Below are positions 14,195 to 26,619 of a stretch of DNA of 64,000 nucleotides, in pieces. The notes beneath the pieces were generated by a model. That model ran no database searches and was not told the origin of the DNA. It saw only the letters and a program-made list of their open reading frames with translations. Within the stretch, counting starts at the first letter, position 1. Each line of letters begins with the position of its first letter. This DNA is from Heptranchias perlo (lineage: Eukaryota): the NCBI RefSeq assembly GCF_035084215.1, contig NW_027139442.1, positions 1,116,001 through 1,180,000 on the forward strand. The letters are read 5' to 3'. The position numbers and the translations under genes are program-made.

Positions 14195-14630
14195 ACAGAT
14201 GCGTAGACTAGGCTTGTATTCTCTTGAATAAACAATATTTAGGATTGATCTAATTGAGGTGTTTAAGATGATTAGAGGTTTTGATAGAGTCGATGGAGAT
14301 AAACCATTTCCTCTGGTGGGAGAGTCCAGAACAAGCGGGAATCATCTTAAAATTAGAGCTCGGCCATTGAGGGGTGACGTCAGGAAGTAATTCTTCACAC
14401 AAAGGGGAGTGGAAATCTGGAACTCTCTTCACTCCAAAAAGCTGTTGAGGCTGGGGGTCAATTGTAAATTTGAAAATTGAGATTGATAGATTTGTGTTTG
14501 GCCAAAGTATTAAGGGCTATGATACGAAGTAGGGTAGATAGAGTTAAGATATAAATCAGCCATGATCTAATTGAATGGCGGAACCGGCTTGTGGGGCTGA
14601 ATGGCCAACTCCTGTTCCGATGTTCCTAAA
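14195..14630 (+). mobile_element. Old CR1 3'-end fragment
   Basis: LGLYSLE..DLIEVFKM, FFTQRGVEIWNSL, and 3'UTR GGGGCTGAATGGCCAACTCCTGTTCC. Confidence 0.8.
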
Positions 14631-14714
14631 TGCAGCAATCCGCAATAAGTTTGTGGATGGCAAGAGCCTTGCTCACAAGTGAACGGACATCTGGAGGGAG
14701 ATGCGGTGAGAGGA

Positions 14715-15970
14715 GGTGACTGGTCAGGGAGTGTCTGTAAATGAAGCAGAAATGATAACCGGTCAGGGAGTGTCTGCAAATGATGGAGAAATGCGATTGG
14801 TCAGGAAGTGTCTATAAATTAAGTAGAAATGGGGACGTTCAGGGAGCGTCTGTCAATGAAGGAGAAATAGTGATTGGTCAGGAAGTGTCTCTAAATGAAG
14901 GAGAAATTGCGACTGGTCATGGAGTGTCCGTAAATGAAGGATAACTGGTGACTGGTCATGGAGTGTCTGTAAATGAAGGAGAACTGGTGACAGGTCAGGG
15001 GGTGTCTGTAAATGAAGGAGAACTGGTGACAGGTCAGGGGGTGTCTGTAAATGAAGGAGAAATGCTGACTAGTTCGGGAGTGTCTGTAAATCAAGGATAA
15101 ATGGTGACTGGACAGGGATTGTCTCCAAATGAAGGATAAATGGTGCCGGGTGAGGGAGTGTCTATATATGAAGGAGAAGCGGTGAAGGGTCAGGGAGTGT
15201 CTATAAATGAAAGAGAAATGGGGACGGGACAGTGAATGTTTGTAAATGAAGATGAAATGGTGATTGGTCAGGGAGTGTCTGTAAATGAAGGAAAAATTGT
15301 CTCATTAGGGAGTGTCCGTAAATGAAGGAAACATAGTGTCTGGTTAGGGAGTGTCTATTAATGAAATCGAAATGGTGACGGGTCAGGGCGTGGCTACAAA
15401 TGAAGGAGGAATGGTGACGGGTCAGGGAGTGTTTATAAATGCAGGTGAAATGGCGTCTGGTATGGGAGTATCTATAAATGGGGGAGGACATGGTGACAGG
15501 TCAGGGAGTGTCTATAAATGAAGGAGAAACGGTGACGGGACAGGGAGTATCGATAAATGACGGAGAAATTGTGACAGTTCAAGCAGAGTCTGTAAATGAT
15601 GGAGAAATGGTGACTTGTCAGGCAGCGTTTGTTAATGAAGGAGAAATAGAAACTGGTCAAGGAGTGTCTGTCAATGAAGGAGGAATGGTGATTGGTCCGG
15701 GAGTGTCTGTGAATGCAGGAGAAATGTTGACAGGTCAGGTAATGTCCATAAATGAAGAAATAGTGATGGGCCAGGGAGCGTCTATTAATGAAGGAAAATG
15801 CTGACTGGTCAGAGAGAGTTTTTAAATGAAGGAGAAATGGTGTTTGCTCAGGGAGTGTCTGTCAATGAAGGTGAAATGCTGACTGGTCAGGGACTGTCTG
15901 CAAATAAAGGAGAAATTGTGATAGGTCAGGGATAGTCTTTAAATGAAGGAGAAATGGTGACTGGTCAGAA
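14715..15970. repeat. 39-bp minisatellite, about 32 diverged copies
   Basis: Unit GTGACTGGTCAGGGAGTGTCTGTAAATGAAGGAGAAATG; 13-aa periodicity in overlapping ORFs. Confidence 0.95.
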
Positions 15971-16079
15971 AGATTCCGTCGCCAAATTTGGGAGGTATTA
16001 CATATGGACTGCCGACAGGCAGCTATAGGGAGGGACATAATGTCGAAATGAGGGGCAGACCATATACACACAGCAAGAG

Positions 16080-16270
16080 TGAGCATCTTCAGGAGAGGAG
16101 AGGGGAACCAGTGAGTGCAGAACAGAATCCAACCAGAGTCAGCACCTTCAGGGGAGGAGATGGTTGGGAGCAGTGAGTGTAGAACTGAATCCAGCCAGAA
16201 CTAGCACCTTCAGGGGAGGAGAGGGAATGGAACCAGTGAGTGTAGAACTGAAACCAGTCCGAGTCGGGAT
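16080..16270. repeat. About 63-bp tandem repeat, about 3 copies
   Basis: GCACCTTCAGGGGAGGAGA...CAGTGAGTGTAGAACTGAA repeated. Confidence 0.7.
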
Positions 16271-16839
16271 CTTCAAGACAGAAAAATTAAATAGAAGGAA
16301 AATTGTTGGAAGTGGTGCGATGGGTTTGGGTTTCAGCAGAGGGAGGAGGGTGAGTGTGTGGGACGGGCATTTACAGTCTGGGGGAATGAGCGGGTAGAAT
16401 GTTCCATAGAAACTGGAATTGCCTGTTCTGAATTTAAATCTCGTATTCACAGTGAGGATTTTTGTTATCTCCTTTTACAGGGTATTAGAAGGGGAGGATT
16501 TGCAGACGACAAACTCAAACCAAACATCACGTCAAGATCTGACAGTCACTCTATTCACCAGCACCTGAAGATTATCGGCCTTAAAATATAGGAGAAATGT
16601 TGATCTGTTCCATCTGTGGGAAAAGATTTCAAACATCACTGTGACTGGAATAGCAGCGAGACACACACTTCCGAGTGAGAGTGTTCCAGTGCACTGACTG
16701 TGGAAAGAATTTTAACCAGTTACACAGCCTGAAAAAACATCGTACCATTCACAGTGGGGAGAAACCAGACAAATGTTCTCTGTGCAGACGAGACTTGCAG
16801 TGATCGTCCAACCTGGAGAGACACGAGGACGCCCGCACC

Positions 16840-17934
16840 ATGGAGAAACCGTGGAAATGTGGGGACTGTGGGAGGGGATTCAGTTACTCGTCCCGGCTGG
16901 AAACTCATCGACACAGACACACTGGGGAGAGGCCGTTCACCTGCTCCGTGTGTGGGAAGGGATTCACTCAGTCATCCCACCTCATTGAACATCAACTTGT
17001 TCACACTGATAAGAGACTTTTTAAATGTTCTGTCTGTGAGAAGAGCTTTAAAAGAAAAAGTGATCTGCTGACACACCAACGCATTCACAGTGGGGAGAGG
17101 CCGTTCACCTGCTCCGTGTGTGGGAAGGGATTCATTCAGTCATCCAAGCTGCTGACACACCAGCGAATTCACACTGGGGAGAGGCCGTTCACCTGCTCCG
17201 TGTGTGGGAGCGGATTCACTCAATCTTCCCACCTCATTGAACATCACCTTGTTCACACTGATAAGTGTCTTTTTAAATGTTCTGACTGTGAGAAGAGCTT
17301 TAAAAGAAAAAGTGATCTGCTGACACACCAACGTACTCACACTGGGGAGAGGCCGTTCATCTGCTCCGTGTGTGGGAAGGGATTTACTCGGTCATCCAGC
17401 CTACTGACACACCAGCGAGTCCACACTGGGGAGATGCCGTTCACCTGCTCTGTGTGTGGGAAGCGATTCACTCGATCATCCCACCTCCTGAGACATCAGC
17501 AAGTTCACTTCGGGGAGAGGCCATTCACCTGCTCCCTGTGCGGGAAGGGATTCGCTCAGTCATCCACCCTGCTGACACACCAGCGAGTCCACACTGGGGA
17601 GAGGCCGTTCACCTGCTCCGTGTGTGGGAAGAGCTTTACTCAGTCATCCACCCTGCTGACACACCAACGAGTTCACACTGGGGAGAGGCCATTCACCTGC
17701 TCTGTGTGTGGGAAGGAATTCACTTGTTCATCCGGCCTCATTGAACACCAACTTGTTCACACTGATAAGAGACCCTTTAAATGTTCTAACTGTGAGAAGA
17801 GCTTTAAAAGAACATGGGATCTGATGAGACATGAACGTATTCACACCGGGGAGAGGACGATCACCTGTTCCGCGTGTGGAATGCGATTCACTCAGTCATC
17901 CCACCTGCTGAGTCACCAGCGAGTTCACATGTGA
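16840..17934 (+). CDS. C2H2 zinc-finger protein, 13 tandem fingers, no effector domain seen (364 aa)
   Basis: 13 x CxxC-x12-HxxxH with TGERP/TDKR linkers. Strong Kozak GCACCATGG, acceptor CCTTTTACAG| at 16480, AATAAA at 18068-18073. Confidence 0.93.
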   Translation: MEKPWKCGDCGRGFSYSSRLETHRHRHTGERPFTCSVCGKGFTQSSHLIEHQLVHTDKRLFKCSVCEKSFKRKSDLLTHQRIHSGERPFTCSVCGKGFIQSSKLLTHQRIHTGERPFTCSVCGSGFTQSSHLIEHHLVHTDKCLFKCSDCEKSFKRKSDLLTHQRTHTGERPFICSVCGKGFTRSSSLLTHQRVHTGEMPFTCSVCGKRFTRSSHLLRHQQVHFGERPFTCSLCGKGFAQSSTLLTHQRVHTGERPFTCSVCGKSFTQSSTLLTHQRVHTGERPFTCSVCGKEFTCSSGLIEHQLVHTDKRPFKCSNCEKSFKRTWDLMRHERIHTGERTITCSACGMRFTQSSHLLSHQRVHM

Positions 17935-18269
17935 CTGCAGGGATTGGATTCTGCTGTTATTGCTGTATCCAGGACTAAACCATGTTCATTCTGACAGTTG
18001 GAGTTTGTTTCTAATGTTAATGACCCCCTTTAACTGGGCTGGAGTTTAGTATTCTGTACAAGTGTCAAATAAATCAGCTTTCTTTTAAACACAGTGTTTT
18101 TGACCTTCATATCTCGTTGATAAAAGAAACAGTTAGAGGACTTATGACGACGTGAGTGGAATACGTCTTAGAACTGAGCTCCTCCACCTTTGTAAAAGAT
18201 GGATCTACAAGATGTCCAAGTCTGACAGGACATAAAGTTCTATTGTATCACAGGGTCCACTTCAATCAG

Positions 18270-19570
18270 CCTGAGCAGTTTTCCACTACCCTTGTGTGAA
18301 AAAGAGCTTCCTGGTTTCAATCCTAGACGCCCTAGCTCTAAATTTAACGTTATGTCCTCTTGTTCTGGATTCCCCCACCAGAGAAAATAGTTTCTTTTTC
18401 TCACCTATCGAATCCCTTTATTATTTTATATCCCTGGATCAGATCACCCCTCATTCTTCTAAACTCAAGGGAATGCAAAACCAAGTTTATGCAACCGGTC
18501 CTCATACTTGAACACTTCAAGCCCCAGTATCATTCTGGTGAATCTGCACTGTCCCCCCTCCAAGGTCAATATATCCTTGGTGAGGATCAGTACTCCAGAT
18601 GGGCTCTGACCAAGGCTCTGTAGAACTGAAGCATCACTTCCTTCCCTTTGTATTCCAACACTGGAGATAAATGCCATTTGTCTGTGGTTGCTTTTTGCAT
18701 CTGTGCACTAGCCTTTAGTGATTTGTGTCCATGGACACCCAAATCCCTTTGCTCCTTCACCATTCCCAGTCTCTCACTTTCAGAAAATACTCCAATGTTT
18801 CCTTTTTGCTTCCATATTGAATGATCTCACACTTCCCCACATTGAACTCCATCTGCCACAGTTTGTCCATTCGCTTAAACTTTCCCTTTGTAACTTCCTG
18901 CTTCCATCTACACAACTTACTGTACTTCATAACTAAGTGTCATCTGGAAACTTGGACCTATTAGTCTCGATTGCTTCATCCAAGTTATTGATAAATATGG
19001 TGGAAAGCTGAGGCCCCAGGACAGATCCCTGGGGACACCACTAGTCATATCCCGCCAATCAAAGAACATTCCCTTTCTCCTTACTCTTTTCTCCGACCTC
19101 CCAACCAATTCCATCACAAGGTCACTTTCAATTTTGTGCCTTTTATTTATTCTATTAATCTCTTGTGCTGAACCTTTTCAAATGCTTTCTGTAAGTCCAT
19201 ATAGAAAAACTTCATAGACACTCCTCTGTCCACCTTGTTAGATTCCTCAACAAATCCAACTAAATTAGTCAGACATGACCTGCCCTTCACGAATCCAAGT
19301 TGACTCTCTTTGACCAGCTCATTTTGTCTCTCATGATAGGTTTAAGTAAGTTCCCCACAACCGACGTTAAAATGACAAGTCTGTATTGACCTGGTTTCTC
19401 CCTCCCTCCTTTCTTAAATAAACGGAGTGACATGTTCAACATTCATATCCAAAGGCACAATTCCTGAGTCTGGAGAGCTTTGGGAAATTATGATGAATGC
19501 ATCTGCAATTTCCCCATCTGTTTCCTTTAAAACTCTGGGGTGGAAACCGTCAGGTCCTGGAGATTTCATT
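18270..19570 (-). mobile_element. Degenerate CR1 ORF2 fragments
   Basis: rc encodes [20 protein letters not shown] (GVPQGSVLG-like) and GQCRFTRMILG; many indels. Confidence 0.8.
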
Positions 19571-19597
19571 CTTAGTTTGCAGTTATTTATTTATCTG

Positions 19598-19777
19598 ACT
19601 GTGTATAACAGGACTGAATGTCCCAGCACTGAGTGTGTGTATAACAGGACTGAATGTCCCAGCACTGACTGTTTCTATAACAGGACTGAGTGTCTTAGCA
19701 CTGACTCTGTGTATAACAGGACTGAGTGTCCCAGCACTGACTGTGTGTTATACAGGACTGAGAGTCCGAGCACTGAG
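19598..19777. repeat. 33-bp minisatellite, about 5.5 copies
   Basis: GTGTATAACAGGACTGAGTGTCCCAGCACTGAC; 11-aa repeat YNRTECPSTxC. Confidence 0.9.
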
Positions 19778-19809
19778 GGTGGCGAGACATGCGGTTGTCG
19801 GTGGAGATT

Positions 19810-19992
19810 AAATCGGTTGCAGGGGATTACAGAGATAGGGAGAGGGTGAGGGCCATGGAGGGATTTGATCACGAGGATTGTAGGGCTGGAAGAGGTTGCA
19901 GAGATAGGGAGGGGGTGAGGGCCATAGAGGGATTTGAACACGAGGATGAGAATTTTAAAATCGAAGCATTGCCACACCGGGAGCCAATGTAA
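19810..19992 (-). mobile_element. L2 LINE ORF2 C-terminal fragment, partly duplicated
   Basis: LHWLPVWQCFDFKILILVFKSLYG resembles the L2 motif LHWLPV..RIDFKILLLVFKALHG. Confidence 0.75.
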
Positions 19993-20059
19993 TAGAACAC
20001 GAACAGAGCAAGACACACACAGAGGTCTCACAACAAAGCATGGACGGTCTCAAGGACCA

Positions 20060-20695
20060 CCTCCCTCCAGGGGTCACGATACCTCCATCGCAGGTTCGTG
20101 GTCACACCATCCCGGGGTCGCGGTCCCTCCGTCCCTGGGGTCGTGGTCCCCCCGTCCCTGGGGTCCCTGTCCCTCCATCCCGGGTTCATGGCCCCTCCCT
20201 CCCGGGGTCGCGGTCCCTCCGTCCGCGGGGTCACAGTCCCTCCATCCCTGGGGTCGCAGTTCCACCATCCCGGGGTCGACGCCCCGCTGTCCCAGGATCG
20301 CGGTCCCACCGTCCCGGGGTCGCGGTCCCTCCGTCCCGGGATCTCAGTCCCACCGTTCCAGGGTCTCGGTCCCTCCATCCCGGGGTCTCGGTCCCACCGT
20401 CCCGGGGTCGCGGTCCCTCCATCCCGGGGTCTCGGTCCCACCGTCCCGGGGTCGCGGTCCCTCCGTCCCGGGGTCTCAGTCCCACCGTTCCAAGGTCTCG
20501 GTCCCTCCATCCCGGGGTCTCGGTCCCTCCATCACGGGGTCTCGGTCCCACCGTCCCGGGGTCTCGGTCCCTCCGTCCCGGGGTCTTAGTCCCACCGTTC
20601 CAGGGTCTCGGTCCCTCCATCCCGGGGTCTCGGTCCCTCCATCACGGGGTCTCGGTCCCACCGTCCCGGGGTCTCGGTCCCTCCGTCCCGGGGGT
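20060..20695. repeat. GC/CpG-rich 22-bp minisatellite, about 29 copies
   Basis: Unit CCGTCCCGGGGTCTCGGTCCC(T/A); 22-aa period over three units. Confidence 0.95.
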
Positions 20696-20699
20696 TGCG

Positions 20700-21095
20700 A
20701 CACCATTAAAGCCAATCGGGCCTGAAGTCGGAGGAGCTGTTGCCCGGACCGGCCTCACTGCGCCATTCCAAGGCCCCGGAGCCCAGGCCATTTCCAGATG
20801 CGGACCCTCCCTCTGTCGGTCTCGACCCCGCCCACAGCAGCGGCCCTCCGACCGCCGACCCGAGGCCGCCATCATCATCCTCCCGGGACGCGCCTGTTGC
20901 TAAAGCAACGCGGCACAGGGACCGCGCGGCGTCCCTCGGGCGGAGATGCATGCACGCATCGCGATGACAGCGCGCAAAGGTGAGACGGTGCCGCGTGTCA
21001 GGTGATAGGAGGAGTCAGCCCAGGACGCAGGCGGGCGGAGGTGAGGGATGTCATTCAAAGGGCCCGGAGTCAGCACTCACTGCGCACAGGGTTTG
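20700..21095. promoter_or_regulatory. CpG island with promoter motifs, gene unassigned
   Basis: CCAAT 20712, RFX/X-box-like palindrome GTTGCTAAAGCAAC 20896-20909, GATGGCGGC on the minus strand at about 20864-20872, GC box GGGCGG at about 21033, donor-like GTGAG on both strands. Confidence 0.55.
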
Positions 21096-21647
21096 GAGAA
21101 TTTGTTCAAAAAATAAAAATAGAAATCTACAAAAAAGTGGATAAATTGCAAATTCAATAATCTGAATCAAAAACAGAAATGTCCAAACTCACATAAGGCT
21201 AATGGTCTGGGTCCTCCTGTCACTCTCAATCTTCTCTACCTGGGGCACAGGATGAGCAGAATGCTTGAATATATATTTTTTAATGCAGAGGGCGCTGGAT
21301 GTATGGAATGGACCAGCAAGGGAGGCAGTGGGGCCTGATTGTATCAGCAAATTCCACAGAGTTGGGAAAGTACCTGATAGCGGTACCTTGGGATATGACA
21401 GCCTAGAAATTGGGATCTTTCATTCATTTTTTACACTTGTGCACTTATTTTTATTGATTGGTGTACCTGGACACCCAAACCCCTCTGCTCCTCCACAGTC
21501 CCGAGTTTCTCACCCTTAAGAAAATACTCCCTATTTCTCACCTGATGCCTGCAATAAATGATATTTGTATAACTTCCAACATCTTTACGATTCGGGTCTG
21601 TTTCCACTCTTCATTGTCCAATAAGAAGAGACATAGTGAGACTGGAA

Positions 21648-22140
21648 CTTTTTTTAATATTTCAAAATATACTTTATTTCATAAAATTCATGAATAGACA
21701 CAGTTCAATGTAAATATTACAATTACAATTCAAAACAAATACAATACACATCATACGATTCCATTATTACAAGTCAAAACACAGTAAATATCTTCTAACA
21801 CATGCTGTACAATACAAGGTGGGATAGCCTTACACGGTTGCGTTTCCCCATAAAGCCTTTGTGTAGGCCGCACCTCGCTTCAGTGTGCACCTCAGCATGA
21901 AATACTGGTCCTTGGATTGTGCCAGTGGCCAACACTTGGCCGCGGACAGTTCCCTCGGCAGGAAGACCAGCTGGTTTCGGTGGAACAAAGGTCCTCCTTG
22001 ACCGAATTGATGGTCTTCCAGCAGCTGTTGATATCTGTCTCGGTGTGCATCTTGGACAACTGCCCATAGAGGACAGCGACCTGTGTTACCGAGCTGTTGG
22101 GGATGAACTCCTCTTCGACAACACGGTATAGGGGTCCAGT
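21648..22140 (-). mobile_element. Tx1 (L1-group) retrotransposon 3' fragment
   Basis: rc encodes IPNSSVTQVAVLYG..HTETDINSCWKTINSVK..QSKDQYFMLR..KALWGNATV*, followed by an AT-rich UTR, AATAAA and an A-tail at 21648. Family recalled, not searched. Confidence 0.7.
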
Positions 22141-22271
22141 CTCCGTGGAGGGGGGTTATCAGCTTTTACCCGAATACACGGATCCATTCGCCCACATTCA
22201 TGTTAGTGTTCGGCAAACACTGTCTGATGTCTTTCACACACCTGTCGAACCTTGGGGTCAGAGACGTAGGT

Positions 22272-22396
22272 GGTAATTTCACCTTCACATCTTGGGCGGT
22301 AAACTGACGGAGCAAGAATTAAAATCGGGTCGGTTCTGTAAGGGGCGGGTGATCGGCTCTACCAGTTCAGTCCCCAGCGATGGTGAAAATTTCCCT
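22272..22396. mobile_element. Short degenerate palindromic MITE-like repeat (a similar one at about 23285-23372)
   Basis: Ends GGTAATTTCACC and GGTGAAAATTTCCC are imperfect inverted repeats, with weaker internal symmetry. Confidence 0.35.
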
Positions 22397-24479
22397 CCAC
22401 GTGTTATGAACCGATGCAATTTGAGAAAATGGACCAGCTTGTGGGCTTCGAAGATTCATTCCAGGGCGTAGGTCAGGAAAGGTGGGTCATGTCCTGAGAA
22501 GAGCGGCCCGAGCAACACCCACCTGTTTCCGGTCTGGCCACGTGTAATATGTAAATCAGAGTATTATGACGTACACGGGAAACCATTTAATGCTGGCTAA
22601 AAATGGGTGGAGGAGCCGCCCTTTCGATGGGCATTGAGTGGTCCAGAACACTGAGATGTTTCTTTTTAACTCATATTTTGTGGGGCAAGGAGGAGCAGGA
22701 GAGCTTTCCCTTGGCCTGCTGCGGCCGTGAGAAATCTCCCGGCCCCTGATCGTCTCAGAAATGTATCAGGAGGTTTCCTTATAGATCTCTGTAACCAGGC
22801 CCAGCCTCATGTCCCATTAAACTCCCTGCAGTGAGCAAACAATGCTGCACAGCAGCTCAGAGAGGAAACGATCTCCGGAACTCCCCACTGGAATTTGAAG
22901 TTACCTTAATATTTTACCAGTTAGTAACGGTCCGGGTGTTGGTCCATTATTATTCTATTCTGGTCAAAACAAATGTCCCAATGAACAGGACGCTGCCTGA
23001 CCCTGACAGCTCACCCTCAGTCCATCCCACCGGGCAGTGTGTATGATGGGAAATAATCATCAACCGAAATGGAGCATTTGATTTTATTCATTACAGGATT
23101 AAACATTTAATATTGAAATCATATTATTTCCCGACTAATAACAGCAAACCATTTCATGTTAGAATCAAATCTTATATTATTTCTCAAAAAGCATTTGTTG
23201 GATAAAATATAATTCCTGTCTGTTATTTCCAAATTTATTTGAAGTATTGGATTGATATCAGTTACTTCAGTGAACTCATTCGTGTCAATGGATAGTAAAA
23301 TCAGGCGTAGTGAACAATGGGGTCCCGATCCGCTATCGCCGACTTACTCCACCGCCAAAGTGGAAAATCCACTCTCTTAATTAGCAGTTTACAAAATTCT
23401 TATTCCAGCTGATTTGTAGAATCTCATGTGTTGGGGTTTGAATTGTGAAGCGGATTTTCTCCGCCAGTTTTACCGTCTCACAGAGACTCTCACCCTGAAT
23501 CTGTGAAAAGGTTATGACCATGAAGTGGGATTGGAGCCGAACACATCCCCAGTTACGGTGTGGCCTGGACACCCCATTCTCTCTGTTTTATATCAGACAG
23601 TATTCCACCTTCAAAAACAGCACTCGAGAGAGAAAGCGAGGCACACACTGTCAGTCTTACACTTCCTATCAGTATGTTCATATCACGGTTAATAGCAGTA
23701 TCCAACCTTCATATACAGCACCGGAGAGTGAGAGAGAAAGGGAGACAGATACTGTGACAGAGCGAGCGGAGAGGCACAGTGCAACAGTATCAGTTCCAGA
23801 CTGACTTGTAAAGTTGAGTTTTATCCAGAAATTCCCGTTGTAGAGACAGAAGATGTAGTCTTATCTCTCACTGATATACCAGAGACGGACACACTATTAA
23901 TCCCACACTCAGGGACAGTGCAGAGAGTGACCAAAACAATGTGGGCCGAATTTAACCCTCTCTTGCCTGTTGTACTACATTCGGTTTTGCAGATCAGGGC
24001 TGTTCGCTATTACTCTCAGTGACCGAGAGTTTCAATCTGATTATATTAATATGGGACTGTTGCTGTCAGATATTAATCCTACACGCTCCCAGCAAATACA
24101 CGGACTCCGACTTTCATCCCATTTTTCTCCTGGATTGGTTTGAGAAATCCTGCATCCAGTTTCGGAGTCACAAGATGGTTAATGGGGCCAAGAATGAACA
24201 GAATCCTTTGGCTCATTTCAAAACGTCCCACTTTATCTATGAAAGACTATTTACCATCAAAAGATACCGAGAGAAACAGCAGGGATGGAAACATCTAGTT
24301 TAATAGTTCGAGATTGTAAAGTCAGTCTGGATTCCAGCGTTAGGCACTGGTGGAATCCCATCTGTTTCCCATTCTGGTGCCTGTTCCTGCACTGCCTGTG
24401 GACCCCATTCCCTCTGACCTTTCCCCCAGCCCCACTTCCTTTGCTCAGACTCTGAAAAATTCCAATTGGGGAAAGTTTC

Positions 24480-24910
24480 CATCGATTTTTGTATTGGGAA
24501 TTAAACCAGATATCTGCGCATGCGTGACTCAGCCCCGCCCCCCGCGCTGCTTGTTGGTGAGTGGAAGAGCGCATGCGCGATCCCCTCCCCCTGCTCGGCC
24601 GATTGGGGCCATTCTCTCAGTGAGCGGAAGAAGATGGTTTAAAACAGCCGGGAATGGAGAGATCATGACCCCCGGGGGAAGGGAGCAAAGAACAGCCTCG
24701 TTACAGCAGCTCATCGCTTCGGGATCGTGTCCGCAGATGGGCTCAGAGATCGGCATTGAATCCGGGGGAAGGTCAGGGGGAGTCCGGGGGCTTTTCGTAA
24801 GAGGCGGAGTGGATCAAGAACTTGTCCCGGAACATGGAGTGAGAGGGGGAAGGGAGAGGTCATTCTCGGGCTGTGTGTGTACCGGGTGTGTCCAGGGGAA
24901 GGGAGAGAGA
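24480..24910 (+). promoter_or_regulatory. Repeated CpG promoter module, copy 2 of 3 (others 2100-2510 minus, 44210-44640 plus)
   Basis: NRF1 palindromes TGCGCATGCG 24515 and GCGCATGCGC 24569, TGACTCA, GC box 24533-24540, GCGGAAG, AAGATGG. Confidence 0.65.
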
Positions 24911-26619
24911 ATAGGGAGAAACTGCTATTTAAAATCATTGCTGCTTTCTCTCCCCAAACCAGTAGTGAATGTTCCTGGTTTAGTTCCAGTCTCACCCTGT
25001 TTATTGTTATTGGAGAGTGAATAGTGGAAACAGAGCCGGACAGTAATGATGTGTGGACTTATACAAAGAGCGTCTATTGAAGGCACCAGGTGAGAAGTGT
25101 GAAGGACACAATTTAAACAACTGCTGTTATATTTCTGTTGAACGGTTATTCTCCTGGGAGAGGGAATTAGAAACCTGACCTGTACAAAGTCCCCACCCCA
25201 TCGGGTAGTCCCATTCATGGATCAGTGCGGGGGTTGGGTTGAGTCTGGATGTCACTAAATTGTTGTAAAACAGCCCAACACACCTGGTGTGCAGAAGCTG
25301 AGTGCTGCAGTACTGCAGTGGAGTCAGACACTGACACTCTTTGTATCGCTGATTTACATAATTATCATTAACAGAGCTATTAAACTTATCACTTTTGTAT
25401 TTTCTACCTCACTGGTTCTGGAGTTACAACAGTTACTTTTTTCTTCTGACAGAAAAATACTTGAAGGGCCAAGAATAAATGTGATGCTTCCTCCATCCTA
25501 GGCACAAGGAACAGTGCAGCCAGCTCCTCCTCACACACAGTAGGTACGTTATCATTCACATAGACACAGACAGGTCATCAGTTCCACAGTCTCAGACAGC
25601 AGAAGCAGTCAGTCCCAAACTGATCCCAATATCCGGAGGCACATTTTCAATCCAACACGGAAACAGAGCAGGTGAGGCAGACGCTGTTTCCATTTCCCCC
25701 TAACTCAGTACCACTGACAGGTAGATACAAAAATCCCAGTCCAAAGTCATGCTTTAAGATTGTCAATCCCACAGTAGGTTAACAGTAGCTACGAATTAAA
25801 TACCAGATAGTAATCACACATGGTGCCCGATTGAAAGGTACGGAATGAATTGCAATAATGTAACCCGAGATTCAAATTGAATACTTGACCAGAACTCTCA
25901 CACACATGTGAGTTTAATACATGTCGTATCCATTCGAATAGTGTAGCATGAGATACAAATTGCATACAGGTCCAAAACTCTCATACAGTGTCAGATTGAG
26001 AAATGCTGTGACAGCGTAACATGAGAAACAAATTAGATATCAGTTTATAATGCACTCATGGTATGAGATTGAAAGATACAGTATCAATTCCATTATTGCA
26101 GACTGAGATACACATTACACAGCAGTCCAAAAATGTCATCATATCAGTTTGAAAGATACATTATCATTCAAATGTGTGTTCAGAGATACAGATTTAATCA
26201 TAGTCCAAAAAGCACACAAATTATCTGATTAAAAACCTCCAGCATCTTATCCGAAAGTGCATCCATATTTACAAATTAAATAATGAGAAAAACTATTTAA
26301 ACATTAAGATATTAAAGCTAAATTATTGAACGCTATAATATAAACAGAGAGAATAATTTTACAGACACAGAATGAATCCCACACTCGCATACCGTACCAG
26401 AGACTGAGACACGCAGAAGGAATCTCAAACTCACATGCAATACCAGAGACTGACAGATACAAAAAGTGAATCCCACACTCACACACAGCACCAGAGACTG
26501 ACAGGTAAAGTATGAATCCCACACTCACACAAGCTACCTGAGACTGAGATACAGAAAGAATCCCAAACTAACCTACAGTATGAGAAACTGCATATGTGGA
26601 AATAATACAACACACACAC

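Noticed and set aside
14715-15970. Zinc-finger-like 'YRHSLTxH' ORFs on the minus strand
   Set aside because: 39-bp minisatellite with frequent stops; no CxxC and no 84-bp period
19934-20903. Pro/Arg/Gly-rich ORFs in all frames
   Set aside because: Translation of the GC-rich, stop-poor 22-bp minisatellite
24350-25024. 224-aa ORF also open at 44082..44825 (247 aa)
   Set aside because: GTG start, runs through promoter motifs, no recognisable domain, frameshifted in the third copy; explained by recent duplication of GC-rich DNA
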